From positions 2,485 through 66,484 of the forward strand of contig JACAFG010000001.1 in assembly GCA_019352195.1 (NCBI GenBank): a stretch of 64,000 nucleotides of DNA, given 5' to 3'. This document shows, in pieces, positions 30,012 to 40,279 of the stretch (its first letter is position 1; every line of letters begins with the position of its first letter). Source of the DNA: Candidatus Saccharimonadota bacterium. Its GTDB lineage: Bacteria > Patescibacteriota > Saccharimonadia > UBA4664. The translations under genes were made by a program, and so were the position numbers. The notes below the pieces were generated by a model, which was not told the DNA's origin, made no database searches, and saw nothing but the letters and a program-made list of their open reading frames with translations.

Positions 30012-30443
30012 TTAGTTGTTGTTAACCAGTTGGAAAGTGCGGGTCGTGCAAGGAGCTACCGGTGCGATGGTTGCAGTACCATTGTCGCCACCGTTCTCGA
30101 GGCAAGCCGTGAGGTCGTAGGTCGTGTTTGAAGCAGCCGGAGTGTACACGTACACGTAGGGCGACGTGTTCTTCGGGTCGGTAGGAACTGCCTTCATGAT
30201 TGGCGTTGTACCGGTGGTCAACGTGTTCATGTCAACTGGGTAAATGTTGTTGGAAACAAAGTACTCTTCCATTCCTTTTTGGATAGCGCGCAGGTCAGTC
30301 TTGCGCTGAGTGTCACGAGCTTTCTTTGGCGCGGACGTGATGTTTGGGATAATCAGCAGGGCCAGGATGCCGATAATCACGATGACGATGAGGAGCTCGA
30401 GCAGGGTAAATCCGCCTTGCTTCCTCAAAATTTTCTTAAGCAC
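30012..30443 (-). CDS. pilA: type IV major pilin (PilA-like)
   Basis: MLKKILRKQGGFTLLELLIVIVIIGILA prepilin signal. 143 aa. Confidence 0.85.
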   Translation of the reverse strand: MLKKILRKQGGFTLLELLIVIVIIGILALLIIPNITSAPKKARDTQRKTDLRAIQKGMEEYFVSNNIYPVDMNTLTTGTTPIMKAVPTDPKNTSPYVYVYTPAASNTTYDLTACLENGGDNGTATIAPVAPCTTRTFQLVNNN

Positions 30444-30624
30444 GAGTGCTCACCTCCTTACTAATTTGTGGACCAATAAAGCGTGGGCTCTATTTAAGCC
30501 AACTATAAAGCGCTTACGCTTGCGTGTCAATCATGTCTTGGCTAAGGCCATAAACGCAAACCGGCCCGGATGCCGCTCATAGAGCGACATCCGGGCCATG
30601 TGGTTGGTCGGGGCGGAAGGAATT

Positions 30625-31527
30625 TCAGCCGATGGTCTTCGGCTTGATTCCGACTGTCTCGAGCAGCAGATCGCCGCCCGGTTTCCCGAGGCAAAGCCCC
30701 AGGAGGATGTACTTGCCGTTCTCGCAGTTGGCCAGGATGTGCCTGGCCAATGCCACCGAAGGCAGGCTGGACGGTGAAGCCGAAGCAGCGGTGGGAACGA
30801 TCTTGCCGTCGTTGCCGGGAGCCCGCGGGGTGTTGCGCTTCAGAAAGGTGGCGGCGTGGGCGGCGCGGCTCGCTTCGTCGGCGTTGGCTTCTTCGCTCTC
30901 GACGACCCGCACGATCTTGTAGGACCTGCGAATCGAGAGCTGCTCGACGACCCGCCGAATGATCCAGGTGAGGACCAGCCCCGCTCCTATCGCCGCGATG
31001 GGCGTTAGGAGCATGCGGTGGTTGGCGAGCCAGCCGGCGGGAAGTGGGCAGTAGGTGTAGAACCCCCACCCGGCCGCCGCAGCCAACACGACGAACAGCG
31101 TCGGCCACACGAACAGTGCCCGGATGTCGTCACGCTGGTTGGCGCGGATGACGTAGTCGGGCTTGGCCTTCACCAAGATACCGGCCTCGTCGGTGTGGTC
31201 CTCGTCCATCCCCGCGTACTTGCGGTAGTGGATGTCCGAGAGCTTGTACACGATGGTAGCCGCCAGAGCGCCCGAGATGATGGGTATGACGTACGTGTAC
31301 GGCGAGCCAGTCCTGGTGAAGCCGACCACGATATCGCCGATGAGGGCGAAGAGGCCGAGTGCTGCCACGGCGAAGACCTCCGGTCGGAGGTCGTGTGTCA
31401 GCATGCGGTGGCCGGACACCTCCACTCGGTAGCCGACTTTTCCGAACCACACCAGAAACGCCGCCACGATGATGATAGCGATCATCGCGCCTGCGAACGC
31501 TCCAACGGAGCTGAAAATGGTTACCAT
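30625..31527 (-). CDS. high-GC hypothetical membrane protein inserted between pilC and pilA
   Basis: Six or more TM helices and a GGAAGG RBS. GC is far above its neighbours, with dense antisense ORFs typical of high-GC DNA. No PilD motifs. Confidence 0.5.
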   Translation of the reverse strand: MVTIFSSVGAFAGAMIAIIIVAAFLVWFGKVGYRVEVSGHRMLTHDLRPEVFAVAALGLFALIGDIVVGFTRTGSPYTYVIPIISGALAATIVYKLSDIHYRKYAGMDEDHTDEAGILVKAKPDYVIRANQRDDIRALFVWPTLFVVLAAAAGWGFYTYCPLPAGWLANHRMLLTPIAAIGAGLVLTWIIRRVVEQLSIRRSYKIVRVVESEEANADEASRAAHAATFLKRNTPRAPGNDGKIVPTAASASPSSLPSVALARHILANCENGKYILLGLCLGKPGGDLLLETVGIKPKTIG

Positions 31528-31704
31528 GATGTGAAATTCCTTCCAGATTGTGCGAGCATGTGCGAGGCAAACGCCCCGCACATGCGTGGCTATTTGCCGA
31601 TTGATCATACTAACTCATTTTATGGTTTTTGTCAAGGTTATGGTTTCCAAATGTAAGCGTTTTACCAAGCGCTTTAATAACCATAGCAACGTCGATGCTA
31701 AAGC

Positions 31705-32922
31705 TTAAGTTCCGCTTTCCAGAGCCGTAATTGGGCCAAATACCGAAATAACAATAAAACCAACCATGCCGCCAAGCACGATAATAAGAATCGGTTCAAT
31801 AATCGAGGTGATACCAGCTACGACAGTATCAACTTCTTTTTCGTAAAAATCAGCGAGTTTTAGCAAAATTTCATCCATCTGGCCGGTCTCTTCACCGACG
31901 GCAATCATCTGACCCACGATGGCCGGAAAGTTTTTTGAAGCTCTGATAGGTTCGCTCATAGGGCGCCCGTTTTTTACCTTGGTGGCCACATCGGCCAGTT
32001 CATCGCGGTACACCGAGTTACCCAAAGCGCTTTTGGTTGAGTTAATGGCATCGAGCACACTAATGCCGGAGGCCATAAGCGAACCGAACGTCCTGGCAAA
32101 TCGCGCTACGTTCACCTTTACGATAATTGGTCCCATTATCGGCACCTTCAGCATAATCCGGTCGACCACCCGTTTACCCGCTTCAGTTCGGTACCAACGG
32201 ATAAACAGCACGATGCCTCCGACGATCCCACCAATAATAAGCCAGTAGTAGGTGGTGAGCGTCTTAGAGATGGTCAGCATCAGCACCGTGTACCACGGCA
32301 AGGCAATACCGCCGTCTTTGAAGATGCTGGCAAGTTTTGGCACAATTACCGTCATGAGGAAAAAGAACGCCCCAAAGGTTGCCACAGTAATAACTCCCGG
32401 ATAAATCATGGCCGAGCGGATCTTGCCTACCACTTCGGCGTCTTTTTCCTGCTGGGTCGCCAGTCGCTCGAGGACATTGTCCAAAATACCGCCGCTTTCA
32501 CCGGCTCGCACCATGTTGACGTAAATATTGTTAAAGACCTCGGGGTGCAGCGCCATCGCGTTGGCCAGCGTTGCGCCGCCTTCAACCTGTTTCGAGATGT
32601 CGGCAATGGCCGCCCGTAGCCGCTTCGACTCGGACTGCTGTGACAAAATAGCGAGCGACTGCACAATGGGCACGCCGGCATTAATCATGGTGGCAAACTG
32701 GCGGCTAAAGATAACTTTATCCTGAAGTTTTACCTTGGGGGTGATGAATTTATCGAGCAGACTCGTTTTATCACCCGCACTCGAGTGGTCTTCTTTCACC
32801 AAAATGGGGGACAAGCCTTTTTCGATTAAACTCGCTGTAGCTGCGGCACGATCGATGGCTACCATCGTACCTTTTTGAATTAGACCGCCTTTATTGCGGG
32901 CACTGTAGGTAAAACTAGCCAT
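31705..32922 (-). CDS. pilC: type IV pilus inner-membrane platform protein PilC (GspF family)
   Basis: A 405 aa product with duplicated GspF domains and three TM segments. Confidence 0.85.
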   Translation of the reverse strand: MASFTYSARNKGGLIQKGTMVAIDRAAATASLIEKGLSPILVKEDHSSAGDKTSLLDKFITPKVKLQDKVIFSRQFATMINAGVPIVQSLAILSQQSESKRLRAAIADISKQVEGGATLANAMALHPEVFNNIYVNMVRAGESGGILDNVLERLATQQEKDAEVVGKIRSAMIYPGVITVATFGAFFFLMTVIVPKLASIFKDGGIALPWYTVLMLTISKTLTTYYWLIIGGIVGGIVLFIRWYRTEAGKRVVDRIMLKVPIMGPIIVKVNVARFARTFGSLMASGISVLDAINSTKSALGNSVYRDELADVATKVKNGRPMSEPIRASKNFPAIVGQMIAVGEETGQMDEILLKLADFYEKEVDTVVAGITSIIEPILIIVLGGMVGFIVISVFGPITALESGT

Positions 32923-34919
32923 TATTCTCTCGTCACGCGTAAGACTTCTTCGATGGTAGTCTGTCCCATGAGAGCCTTCACAAAGCCGTCTTGCTGCATG
33001 GTAAGCATACCGTCGCGCACGGCTTGTAGCTGAATATCATCCGATGTTGCGTGGCTAGTGATCATGCGCGAAATAGCCTGGGTTACTTCAAGGACTTCGT
33101 AGATACCCATGCGGCCGAGATATCCGGCGCCACCGCAATTATCGCAACCTCCACCTGGTCGGTAGAGCAAAAACTGCCCGGATTTTAGCTGCGATGGATC
33201 AACCGCTGGGGCGGCCTCGGGGGCGGTTGATGCCACGGCCGTAGATGCACCAGCCGTTTTGGGCGCGCCCGCTTCGGCTGCAGAACGGTTGATAATGTTA
33301 GGATCAGCCGCAATTTTGTCTAAAATACCGTTAGTAACTTGAATGTCGTGGACCGGCTGAATTACGCGGCCCTTTTTGTGCTCGGTGGGTTCTATAGCAG
33401 CCATTTTTGGCGGTGGAGCTTCGGCTGTTTGAGCTGCCACCGCAACTTCACCCTTCATTTCGTGGAAGTGCTTGAGCGACGCCTCCAGCTGGAAATCACG
33501 CTTGATGTTAGCCATCTCGGCGGTTTCTGGAACATACGGGATGCGACAGACGTTGCATAATCGCCGCACCAAACGTTGACCAATAACGGTGTTTACCGTT
33601 GAGGCAATCAAGAACGGCTCAATACCCATATCCAATAGACGCGGCAAACACGTGGCCGCGTTGTTGGTGTGAAGTGTACTTAGTACCACGTGACCAGTAA
33701 GAGCAGCCTGCACCGCAAGGTCGGCCGTCTCACCGTCTCGTACCTCACCAACCATGATGATGTTGGGGTCTTGCCTTAGCAGTGCGCGCAGTCCAGCCGC
33801 AAAGGTCATGCCGGCTTTAGGGTTAGTTTGAGTTTGGTTAACCCCAGAAATGCGGTATTCCACCGGGTCTTCAATGGTAGAAATATTGACGGCCGGTGTA
33901 TTGAGTAAGCTCAGCACCGAGTACAGCGTAGTACTCTTACCCGATCCGGTAGGTCCCGTCACCAGGGTCATGCCGTGGGGTTTGTGGAGGTTGCGGCCAA
34001 TTACTTCGAGGCTGCGGCCCTCAAAGCCCAATTCTTCGAGCGTTTGAGCGCGCGTCGACTCGTCCAAAATACGCATTACCACCTTTTCGCCGTCCATAAT
34101 TGGCAAGGTTGAAACACGCAGCGCCACTTGCTTTGAGCCCAAAGTAAACTTAAACCGGCCGTCCTGGGGAATGCGGTGCTCGTCGATTTTGAGGTTGGCC
34201 AAAATCTTGATACGTGAGATTACGGCCAGCAAAATAGGCTTTGGCAGCGTCATCGTTTCGCGCAAAATACCGTCGATGCGGTAGCGCACCTGGACGATGT
34301 TTTCGCGCGGCTCGAGGTGAATATCAGACGCCCGGCTCTTGACCGCATATTCTAAAATAACGTTAACCGTTTTAGCAATCGGTGCATCTTCAGCTAAATC
34401 TTTGGCCGAGATCTTCTCAGTTTGTTCTTCGGCATCGGCACTGGAGTCTTTAATGGCTTTGGTGATTTCGCTCGAAATTTCACCTTTGTATTGGTCGAGC
34501 GCGCCCGCAATATCGGCAGCTGTCGCCATATAAATGCGCAGTTTGCCGCCAATTTGCTTGGTAATAAAGTCGGCCGCCTGAAAGTCTTCGGGGTCTGCCA
34601 TGGCCAGCTGCAGCTGATCTTCGGTAGTGCCAAACAATACTGCCTGATACTTGCGCGCGATGCGCTCCGGAATTTTTAGTAAGATCTCACGGGGAATTTT
34701 TACATCACCTAACTCTACAAATGGTACTTCGAGGCTGGCGGCGTAGAGCTGCGTGAGGTCTTTTTCGCTCATTAGTTTATGTTTTAGCACATTGCCGAGC
34801 AAGCTATCGTTGGATCCTTCAACAGGCATAACTTCACTAAGAGCCGCCTCCTTAACTTTTCCGGAGGCAATTAGCAGCTTCTTTAAATCGGGATCAGCAA
34901 TGCGCATAGTTATGACCAT
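32922..34919 (-). CDS. pilB: type IV pilus assembly ATPase PilB (GspE family) with an insertion in the C-terminal zinc-binding region
   Basis: GPTGSGKSTT Walker A, Asp box, His box, and CNVC...CDNCGG. The start is ambiguous (TTG 34952 / ATG 34919 / ATG 34907). Confidence 0.9.
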   Translation of the reverse strand: MVITMRIADPDLKKLLIASGKVKEAALSEVMPVEGSNDSLLGNVLKHKLMSEKDLTQLYAASLEVPFVELGDVKIPREILLKIPERIARKYQAVLFGTTEDQLQLAMADPEDFQAADFITKQIGGKLRIYMATAADIAGALDQYKGEISSEITKAIKDSSADAEEQTEKISAKDLAEDAPIAKTVNVILEYAVKSRASDIHLEPRENIVQVRYRIDGILRETMTLPKPILLAVISRIKILANLKIDEHRIPQDGRFKFTLGSKQVALRVSTLPIMDGEKVVMRILDESTRAQTLEELGFEGRSLEVIGRNLHKPHGMTLVTGPTGSGKSTTLYSVLSLLNTPAVNISTIEDPVEYRISGVNQTQTNPKAGMTFAAGLRALLRQDPNIIMVGEVRDGETADLAVQAALTGHVVLSTLHTNNAATCLPRLLDMGIEPFLIASTVNTVIGQRLVRRLCNVCRIPYVPETAEMANIKRDFQLEASLKHFHEMKGEVAVAAQTAEAPPPKMAAIEPTEHKKGRVIQPVHDIQVTNGILDKIAADPNIINRSAAEAGAPKTAGASTAVASTAPEAAPAVDPSQLKSGQFLLYRPGGGCDNCGGAGYLGRMGIYEVLEVTQAISRMITSHATSDDIQLQAVRDGMLTMQQDGFVKALMGQTTIEEVLRVTRE

Positions 34920-35180
34920 ATTAGCATAAGAACTAACAAGCGATATAACCAACTTTTCATTGACAAATGCCGTTTTTAAAGCGTAACAACTTTACCCATC
35001 GCTACAGCTCTACCCGGTGAATTCAAATGATGGCCGCGCCCGCAAAAGCCGCCAGCACCACCCAAGCCGCCGACTCAAATCAACCGCGGCGGCGGCATCT
35101 GTGCGTCGAGGGAGGGGGTTATGGTTGCTCTTGCTCCTTGGTGGTCTTACCATTGGCTCATATTAGTTATGAGTTTTGCC

Positions 35181-35645
35181 ATGACCTTATCGATTTCTAC
35201 CAGCGAGCCCGCCTCTACTTTGGCTGCCGCCGCGAAATTAGCCTCCCACCTCCAGGGCGGGGAGGTAATAGAGCTGCGTAGCGACTTGGGCGGCGGAAAG
35301 ACCACCTTTGTTAAGGGGCTTGCCGCGGCCCTCGGCTATACCGGTAGCGTCACCAGCCCCACGTTTACCCTCAGCCAAATTTATCAGTTACCAGGTGGAC
35401 GTGAGCTGCACCACTATGATTTGTATCGCCTCACCGAAGCCGGTGTGGTTGGCAGCGAGCTAAGTGAAGACATTGGCCAGCCTGACATTATTACCGTGAT
35501 CGAATGGGCGGGAATTGCCGAAACCGCCTTACCTGCCGATCGCGTAGTTATCGACTTAATTGTGACCGGCGAAAATGATCGTGAGCTCAATTTTTCGGCT
35601 ACTGGTCCCCAGGCGGCCCAACTAATCGAGGATATCAAGCAATGA
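35181..35645 (+). CDS. tsaE: tRNA t6A biosynthesis protein TsaE (YjeE P-loop ATPase)
   Basis: LRSDLGGGKTTFVKG Walker A. The start is taken at the internal ATG. Confidence 0.8.
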   Translation: MTLSISTSEPASTLAAAAKLASHLQGGEVIELRSDLGGGKTTFVKGLAAALGYTGSVTSPTFTLSQIYQLPGGRELHHYDLYRLTEAGVVGSELSEDIGQPDIITVIEWAGIAETALPADRVVIDLIVTGENDRELNFSATGPQAAQLIEDIKQ

Positions 35646-36034
35646 TTCTAGCTATTGAAGCCGCCTCACCAACTACCAAATTGTGGCTTGAGAAAGATCC
35701 GAAAGCCACCCACCCAACCGTAGTTTGGGACAGCGGACGCACACTCGCCGATGGTTTACTTGGTCAAATCGACAACTTGCTAAAGCAGTCCCAGATGCAA
35801 TTATCAGACCTAACCGGCATCGTGGTCTTTTCTGGCCCCGGCTCGTTTACCTCATTGCGCGTTGGTCATAGCGTTGCCAATGCTTTGGCTGATAGTCTCA
35901 AAATTCCTGTAGTCGGCCAGCAAGGTGATGGCTGGCTGGCAGACGGACTCGCTCGTCTCGCCGGGGGTTCCAATGATCAAATCGTGCTGCCGTTCTATGG
36001 CGCCGAAGCCAATATTAGTAAACCCAAAGCTTGA
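35642..36034 (+). CDS. tsaB: tRNA t6A biosynthesis protein TsaB, short single-domain form
   Basis: ILAIEAAS...GPGSFTSLRVG. ATGA-coupled to tsaE. Confidence 0.8.
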   Translation: MILAIEAASPTTKLWLEKDPKATHPTVVWDSGRTLADGLLGQIDNLLKQSQMQLSDLTGIVVFSGPGSFTSLRVGHSVANALADSLKIPVVGQQGDGWLADGLARLAGGSNDQIVLPFYGAEANISKPKA

Positions 36035-36153
36035 CCGGCCTGCCAGATAAAGCCATAGTTACAACGTAATTTGACATGCCGCCTCCGTAACGGCTCTATC
36101 CTGGCACGCCGTGCCCTCAAGGATGCCCGCGGCCTCAACAGAAAGGGACCCCA

Positions 36154-37032
36154 ATGTCCCGTCGTCCGCCCAACCTGCTCAGCCTACCCGGCTCTAGGGT
36201 GATGAAATTCATACAGGTGCTGTCCGATGCCGATTTGCGCGCCGAAGAAGCCCTCGAGATGATCGCTAACCCAGAACTCGCGAGCCACTGGGTTTGGAAG
36301 CTGCGCGCCGGCAAGCTGGCCGAATACGCCGAGCCTTTCCACGGAATCTTCACTCAGCCTGAAGTTCAGGTAGAAAATCTGCGTCGCTGGAACGAACACC
36401 TGAGGCTGAATTTCTCAGACAACCGCATTAAGGCCATGCGCGACAGCATTCCTGCCAATCGTGACAACGGTCCAAACATGGGGCTCACCCTGTGCTGGAC
36501 TAAGCAAAGCTTCGAGCTAACCATCGCCGGCAAAATCACTGTCCTCCAAGGCCATTTTGGGACCAGCCTAACATCTCGAGTTGGCGAGCGAATGCTACAC
36601 CGCCTCGATCGTAAGATCGAGTCCGGGTGGGTTGAAGGCGAAGACCGCCTGTGGTGGGAATTTATCGACCTCGGGCGCACCCGTGGTTATGGTGTTCGCG
36701 AAGCTGGGTCACGCATGGCGGGCTTCTCGGTGCTCGACGCCATCTGCCAGTCACCGGCTTATTTTCAGCACACCACTCAACCACGCCCAGGGCTCGTCAT
36801 CGGCAACCTCAGAGAGTGGTCCCAGCGCGGTTATCCCAACGCGTGGCGTTATCTCGCTCTCACGCCCGTACTCGGTATTGAGGGCGGGGCGGTCCTAACG
36901 TATAGTGACGGCTTTGCCCAGCCGGATTACACGGTACCGTTGTCCGTGCGGGCCGATTTCGGCGAGTCCGAAGCCCGGTTAGTGACGGCTCGAAGTCCAG
37001 TTACCGATCACCGCCCACAAAGCGCCTTCTGA
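36154..37032 (+). CDS. high-GC hypothetical protein (orphan)
   Basis: A 292 aa ORF with GC elevated relative to its flanks. No domain recognised. Confidence 0.5.
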   Translation: MSRRPPNLLSLPGSRVMKFIQVLSDADLRAEEALEMIANPELASHWVWKLRAGKLAEYAEPFHGIFTQPEVQVENLRRWNEHLRLNFSDNRIKAMRDSIPANRDNGPNMGLTLCWTKQSFELTIAGKITVLQGHFGTSLTSRVGERMLHRLDRKIESGWVEGEDRLWWEFIDLGRTRGYGVREAGSRMAGFSVLDAICQSPAYFQHTTQPRPGLVIGNLREWSQRGYPNAWRYLALTPVLGIEGGAVLTYSDGFAQPDYTVPLSVRADFGESEARLVTARSPVTDHRPQSAF

Positions 37033-37234
37033 TTCACGCGCGGTCTATCATCGCCTTAGTAATTGGCGATGATGGTCCGCGCCGTTTTGTTATGAGCGCA
37101 GCCACAATCGCGGTCAAAGCTTGACGTTAACAGGTAAAGCTCGTTTAATTAAGGCGTACTGTTATACCCGATAAACTTTAGCCACTACTTCTGATACCTT
37201 GCCGCTCTTTTCCGTGGCTTGCCGAAAGGCCCCA

Positions 37235-38758
37235 ATGTTTCCCATGATCTTACCCTGGCTCATAGCCGCCCTTGTGGGTGGTGGCGCCGGATACTCGTAT
37301 AACTATTTTGTCGGCAAACGACGAACCGAAACCGCCTCGGCCAAAGCCAAGGAGGTTTTAGATGATGCTCGCGCTAAGGCCAAAGAAACCGTTCTGGAAG
37401 CCAAGAGTGAAGCTATCAAAATTGCCGAGTCGGCCAGGCGAGATGAAAATGAGCGCCGCGCGCAGGTAGGCGCCACCGAGCGTCAGTTACTTGCTCGACA
37501 AACGAGCCTTGATCAAAAACTCGAAGAGCTTGATCGCCGCGGCGAGCGCTTGCGTCAATCCGAAACCGAACTCGATAGCCTCAAAGATGAGCTTCGCGGT
37601 ATTCGCACCAAACAGCAGGATAACCTCGAAAAAATTGCCAAATTATCCCGCGATGAAGCTCGCGAAAAACTCCTTCAAATGACCGAACGTGACATGCGCG
37701 CCGATCTTACCAAGCTAGCGGCTAAGCTGCAGGCCGATACTAAAACTGACGCCGAAGACAACGCACGCCTCATACTGATGACTGCCATGGAGCGTATTGC
37801 ATCGGACCAAACTACCGAGCGCACCATTACCACTGTCCCGCTACCAAGCGACGAGCTCAAAGGCCGTGTTATTGGCAAAGAAGGCCGCAACATCCAAGCG
37901 CTCGAACGAGCCACCGGCGTCGACGTGATTATTGATGAAACCCCCGGCGCCATCGTATTGTCGAGCTTCGACCCGATCCGCCGCCAAGTAGCCCGAGTTG
38001 CCCTCGAAAAACTGTTATCCGACGGCCGTATTCACCCAGCCCGTATCGAAGAGGTAGTGGCTAAAGCTCAGTCTGAGATCAACAAGCAAATGCGCGAGGC
38101 TGGTGAAAAAGCGCTCAAAGAAACCGGTGTTGTCGGCGTGCCAATCGAACTCGTCGATTTGCTCGGCGGGCTCAAATTCCGTACCAGCTACTCGCAAAAC
38201 GTACTAAAGCACTCGGTTGAAATGACGCATTTGGCCGGTATGATTGCCAAGGAAATTGGCGCCGACGTGCGGATTGCTAAAACCGCCGCGCTGCTCCACG
38301 ACGTCGGTAAAGCCGTCACGCACGAAGTCGAAGGGGGACACCACCACATTGGCGCCGACCTCGCGCGCCAGTACGGCATGGAAGAGGCCATCAGTCACGC
38401 CATCCAGGCTCACCATGACGATGTCGAAGCTACTACACCCGAAGCCCTCGTAGTGCGTGTAGTTGACGCCTTAAGCGCCGGCCGCCCTGGCGCCAGAGGT
38501 GACACGTTAGAGAACTACTCCAAGCGTATGACCGAACTCGAAAACCTGGCCAACAGTTTCCCTGGCATCTCGAAAAGCTACGCCATCTCCGCTGGCCGCG
38601 AGCTGCGCATTATCGTCGAACCGGAAAACATCGACGATTTATCTGCTATCAAACTCGCGCGCGATATTGCTACCAAAGTAGAAGCCACACTTAAATATCC
38701 GGGCGTCATCAAAGTAAACGTAATCCGCGAAACCCGCGCCATTGAATATGCCAAGTAG
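37235..38758 (+). CDS. rny: ribonuclease Y
   Basis: An N-terminal TM, a coiled coil, a KH domain (GKEGRNIQALE), and an HD domain (LLHDVGKA). Confidence 0.9.
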   Translation: MFPMILPWLIAALVGGGAGYSYNYFVGKRRTETASAKAKEVLDDARAKAKETVLEAKSEAIKIAESARRDENERRAQVGATERQLLARQTSLDQKLEELDRRGERLRQSETELDSLKDELRGIRTKQQDNLEKIAKLSRDEAREKLLQMTERDMRADLTKLAAKLQADTKTDAEDNARLILMTAMERIASDQTTERTITTVPLPSDELKGRVIGKEGRNIQALERATGVDVIIDETPGAIVLSSFDPIRRQVARVALEKLLSDGRIHPARIEEVVAKAQSEINKQMREAGEKALKETGVVGVPIELVDLLGGLKFRTSYSQNVLKHSVEMTHLAGMIAKEIGADVRIAKTAALLHDVGKAVTHEVEGGHHHIGADLARQYGMEEAISHAIQAHHDDVEATTPEALVVRVVDALSAGRPGARGDTLENYSKRMTELENLANSFPGISKSYAISAGRELRIIVEPENIDDLSAIKLARDIATKVEATLKYPGVIKVNVIRETRAIEYAK

Positions 38759-38779
38759 CGCCCGAGATATGGACAAATA

Positions 38780-39378
38780 ATGCTCGATTCACGCTTCCTC
38801 TACCTTGCTGCCGTCATCGAGTTAATCGGTGTCGCCGCCTACGCCTTTGATACCTTTAAAGGCAACACCAAACCAAACCGTGTAACGTGGCTATTATGGA
38901 CCGTAGTGCCGTTTATCGCGTTTTTTGCTCAAATAAGCGAAGGGGCAGGACTTGCAACTATCTTAACGCTCGCGGTCGGACTGGGGCCGTTATTGGTACT
39001 GTTAGCCTCATTTTTAAACAAACAGTCATATTGGCAAGTAACCAAATTTGACCTTATTTGCGGGGTAATATCAGTACTTGCACTCATATTGTGGTACATC
39101 ACCGGCAAAGGAAATGTCGCCATTATTTTCAGCATGTTAGCCGATTTTATGGCAGCCGTCCCCACGCTCGTAAAGGCCTGGAAATATCCGAAACCGAAAG
39201 CGCCAACGCCTTTTTCGCGGGTATTATTGCGGCCGCTCTCACGCTCCTGGCACTGCCAGCATATAATTTTGCCACTGTCGGCTTCCCGCTGTACTTACTG
39301 CTCAACGGCATGCTGCTGTTTGTGGTTATCCAATTTCCAGGTTTGCGGCCTAAGACATTAATTGGTCGTTCGGTGTAA
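38780..39378 (+). pseudogene. membrane protein with an apparent -1 frameshift at ~39185 (CCGAAACCGAAA repeat)
   Basis: The 38780 frame becomes KPKAPTPFSR... junk. The 39058..39378 frame continues with the TM-rich ETESANAFFAGIIAAALTLLAL... Confidence 0.45.
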
Positions 39379-39416
39379 GACGCGCTATCCTGTAACTAAC
39401 TTATGAAACAATACCA

Positions 39417-40211
39417 ATGAAAATTTTATATCTCGGCGACATCATGGGTAAGCCCGGTCGCAACGTTGTTACCAAATTATTGCCAGCACTTATTACTGAG
39501 CGCGGCATCGACTTTGTGGTAGCTCAAGGTGAAAACTTGTCCCATGGCAAAGGCCTCGAAATCAATCATGTCGAAGCCATGATGGCTGCTGGCATCAACG
39601 CCTTTACCGCTGGCAACTGGACCAGCCACCGCCCCGGCATCATCCCGTGGCTCGAAGATCCGGCCAAACCCTTGGTGCGCTGTGCCAATTACCCTGAAGG
39701 CACGCCTGGCCGCGGCTACAAAATTGTGGATACTCCAATGGGCAAAATCCTCATTGCAAGCCTGCTTGGTCAAGTCGTTGGTTATATTGATCACCCGGTC
39801 GATAATCCGCTTCATGTTATCGACAAAATTCTTGAAGAAACTAAACACGAAAATTTGATCGCCCGGGTGGTCAATTTTCATGGCGATTTCTCGAGTGAAA
39901 AACTTGTCATAGGTCGCTACCTCGACGGCCGCGCGACGCTCGTAGTGGGTGATCATTGGCATGTTCCAACCGCCGACGCCAAATTGCTCCCAGGTGGAAC
40001 CGCACACATCACCGACGTTGGTATGGTGGGATCGTACGATTCGTGTCTGGGCGTGCAAACTGACGTCATAATTAAACGCTGGCTAACCGACGAGCGTAGC
40101 CGTAATGAACTTGAGGAAAGCGGCCAAATGTGGCTTTGTGGCGTGCTAATTGACGTAAATACAGCATCTGGCCAAGCGACTACGGTAGAACAGATCATAA
40201 AATTTGTGTAA
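39417..40211 (+). CDS. ymdB: YmdB-family metallophosphoesterase (2',3'-cyclic-nucleotide phosphodiesterase)
   Basis: MKILYLGDIMGKPGR N-terminus. It lies immediately downstream of rny, as in Bacillus. Confidence 0.85.
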   Translation: MKILYLGDIMGKPGRNVVTKLLPALITERGIDFVVAQGENLSHGKGLEINHVEAMMAAGINAFTAGNWTSHRPGIIPWLEDPAKPLVRCANYPEGTPGRGYKIVDTPMGKILIASLLGQVVGYIDHPVDNPLHVIDKILEETKHENLIARVVNFHGDFSSEKLVIGRYLDGRATLVVGDHWHVPTADAKLLPGGTAHITDVGMVGSYDSCLGVQTDVIIKRWLTDERSRNELEESGQMWLCGVLIDVNTASGQATTVEQIIKFV

Positions 40212-40279
40212 AACCAGTCTTTACCCCCTGCCAAGCCACGACTACCATAGGACAAGTAACGCGAGGAGAAATTCAGATT

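Noticed and set aside
31018-31656. 212-aa plus-strand ORF and other overlapping ORFs in the GC-rich insert (30542..31108, 31130..31570)
   Set aside because: All are alternative frames of high-GC DNA with low-complexity Arg/Pro/Gly or His/Asp-rich products. Only the minus-strand TM protein looks real.
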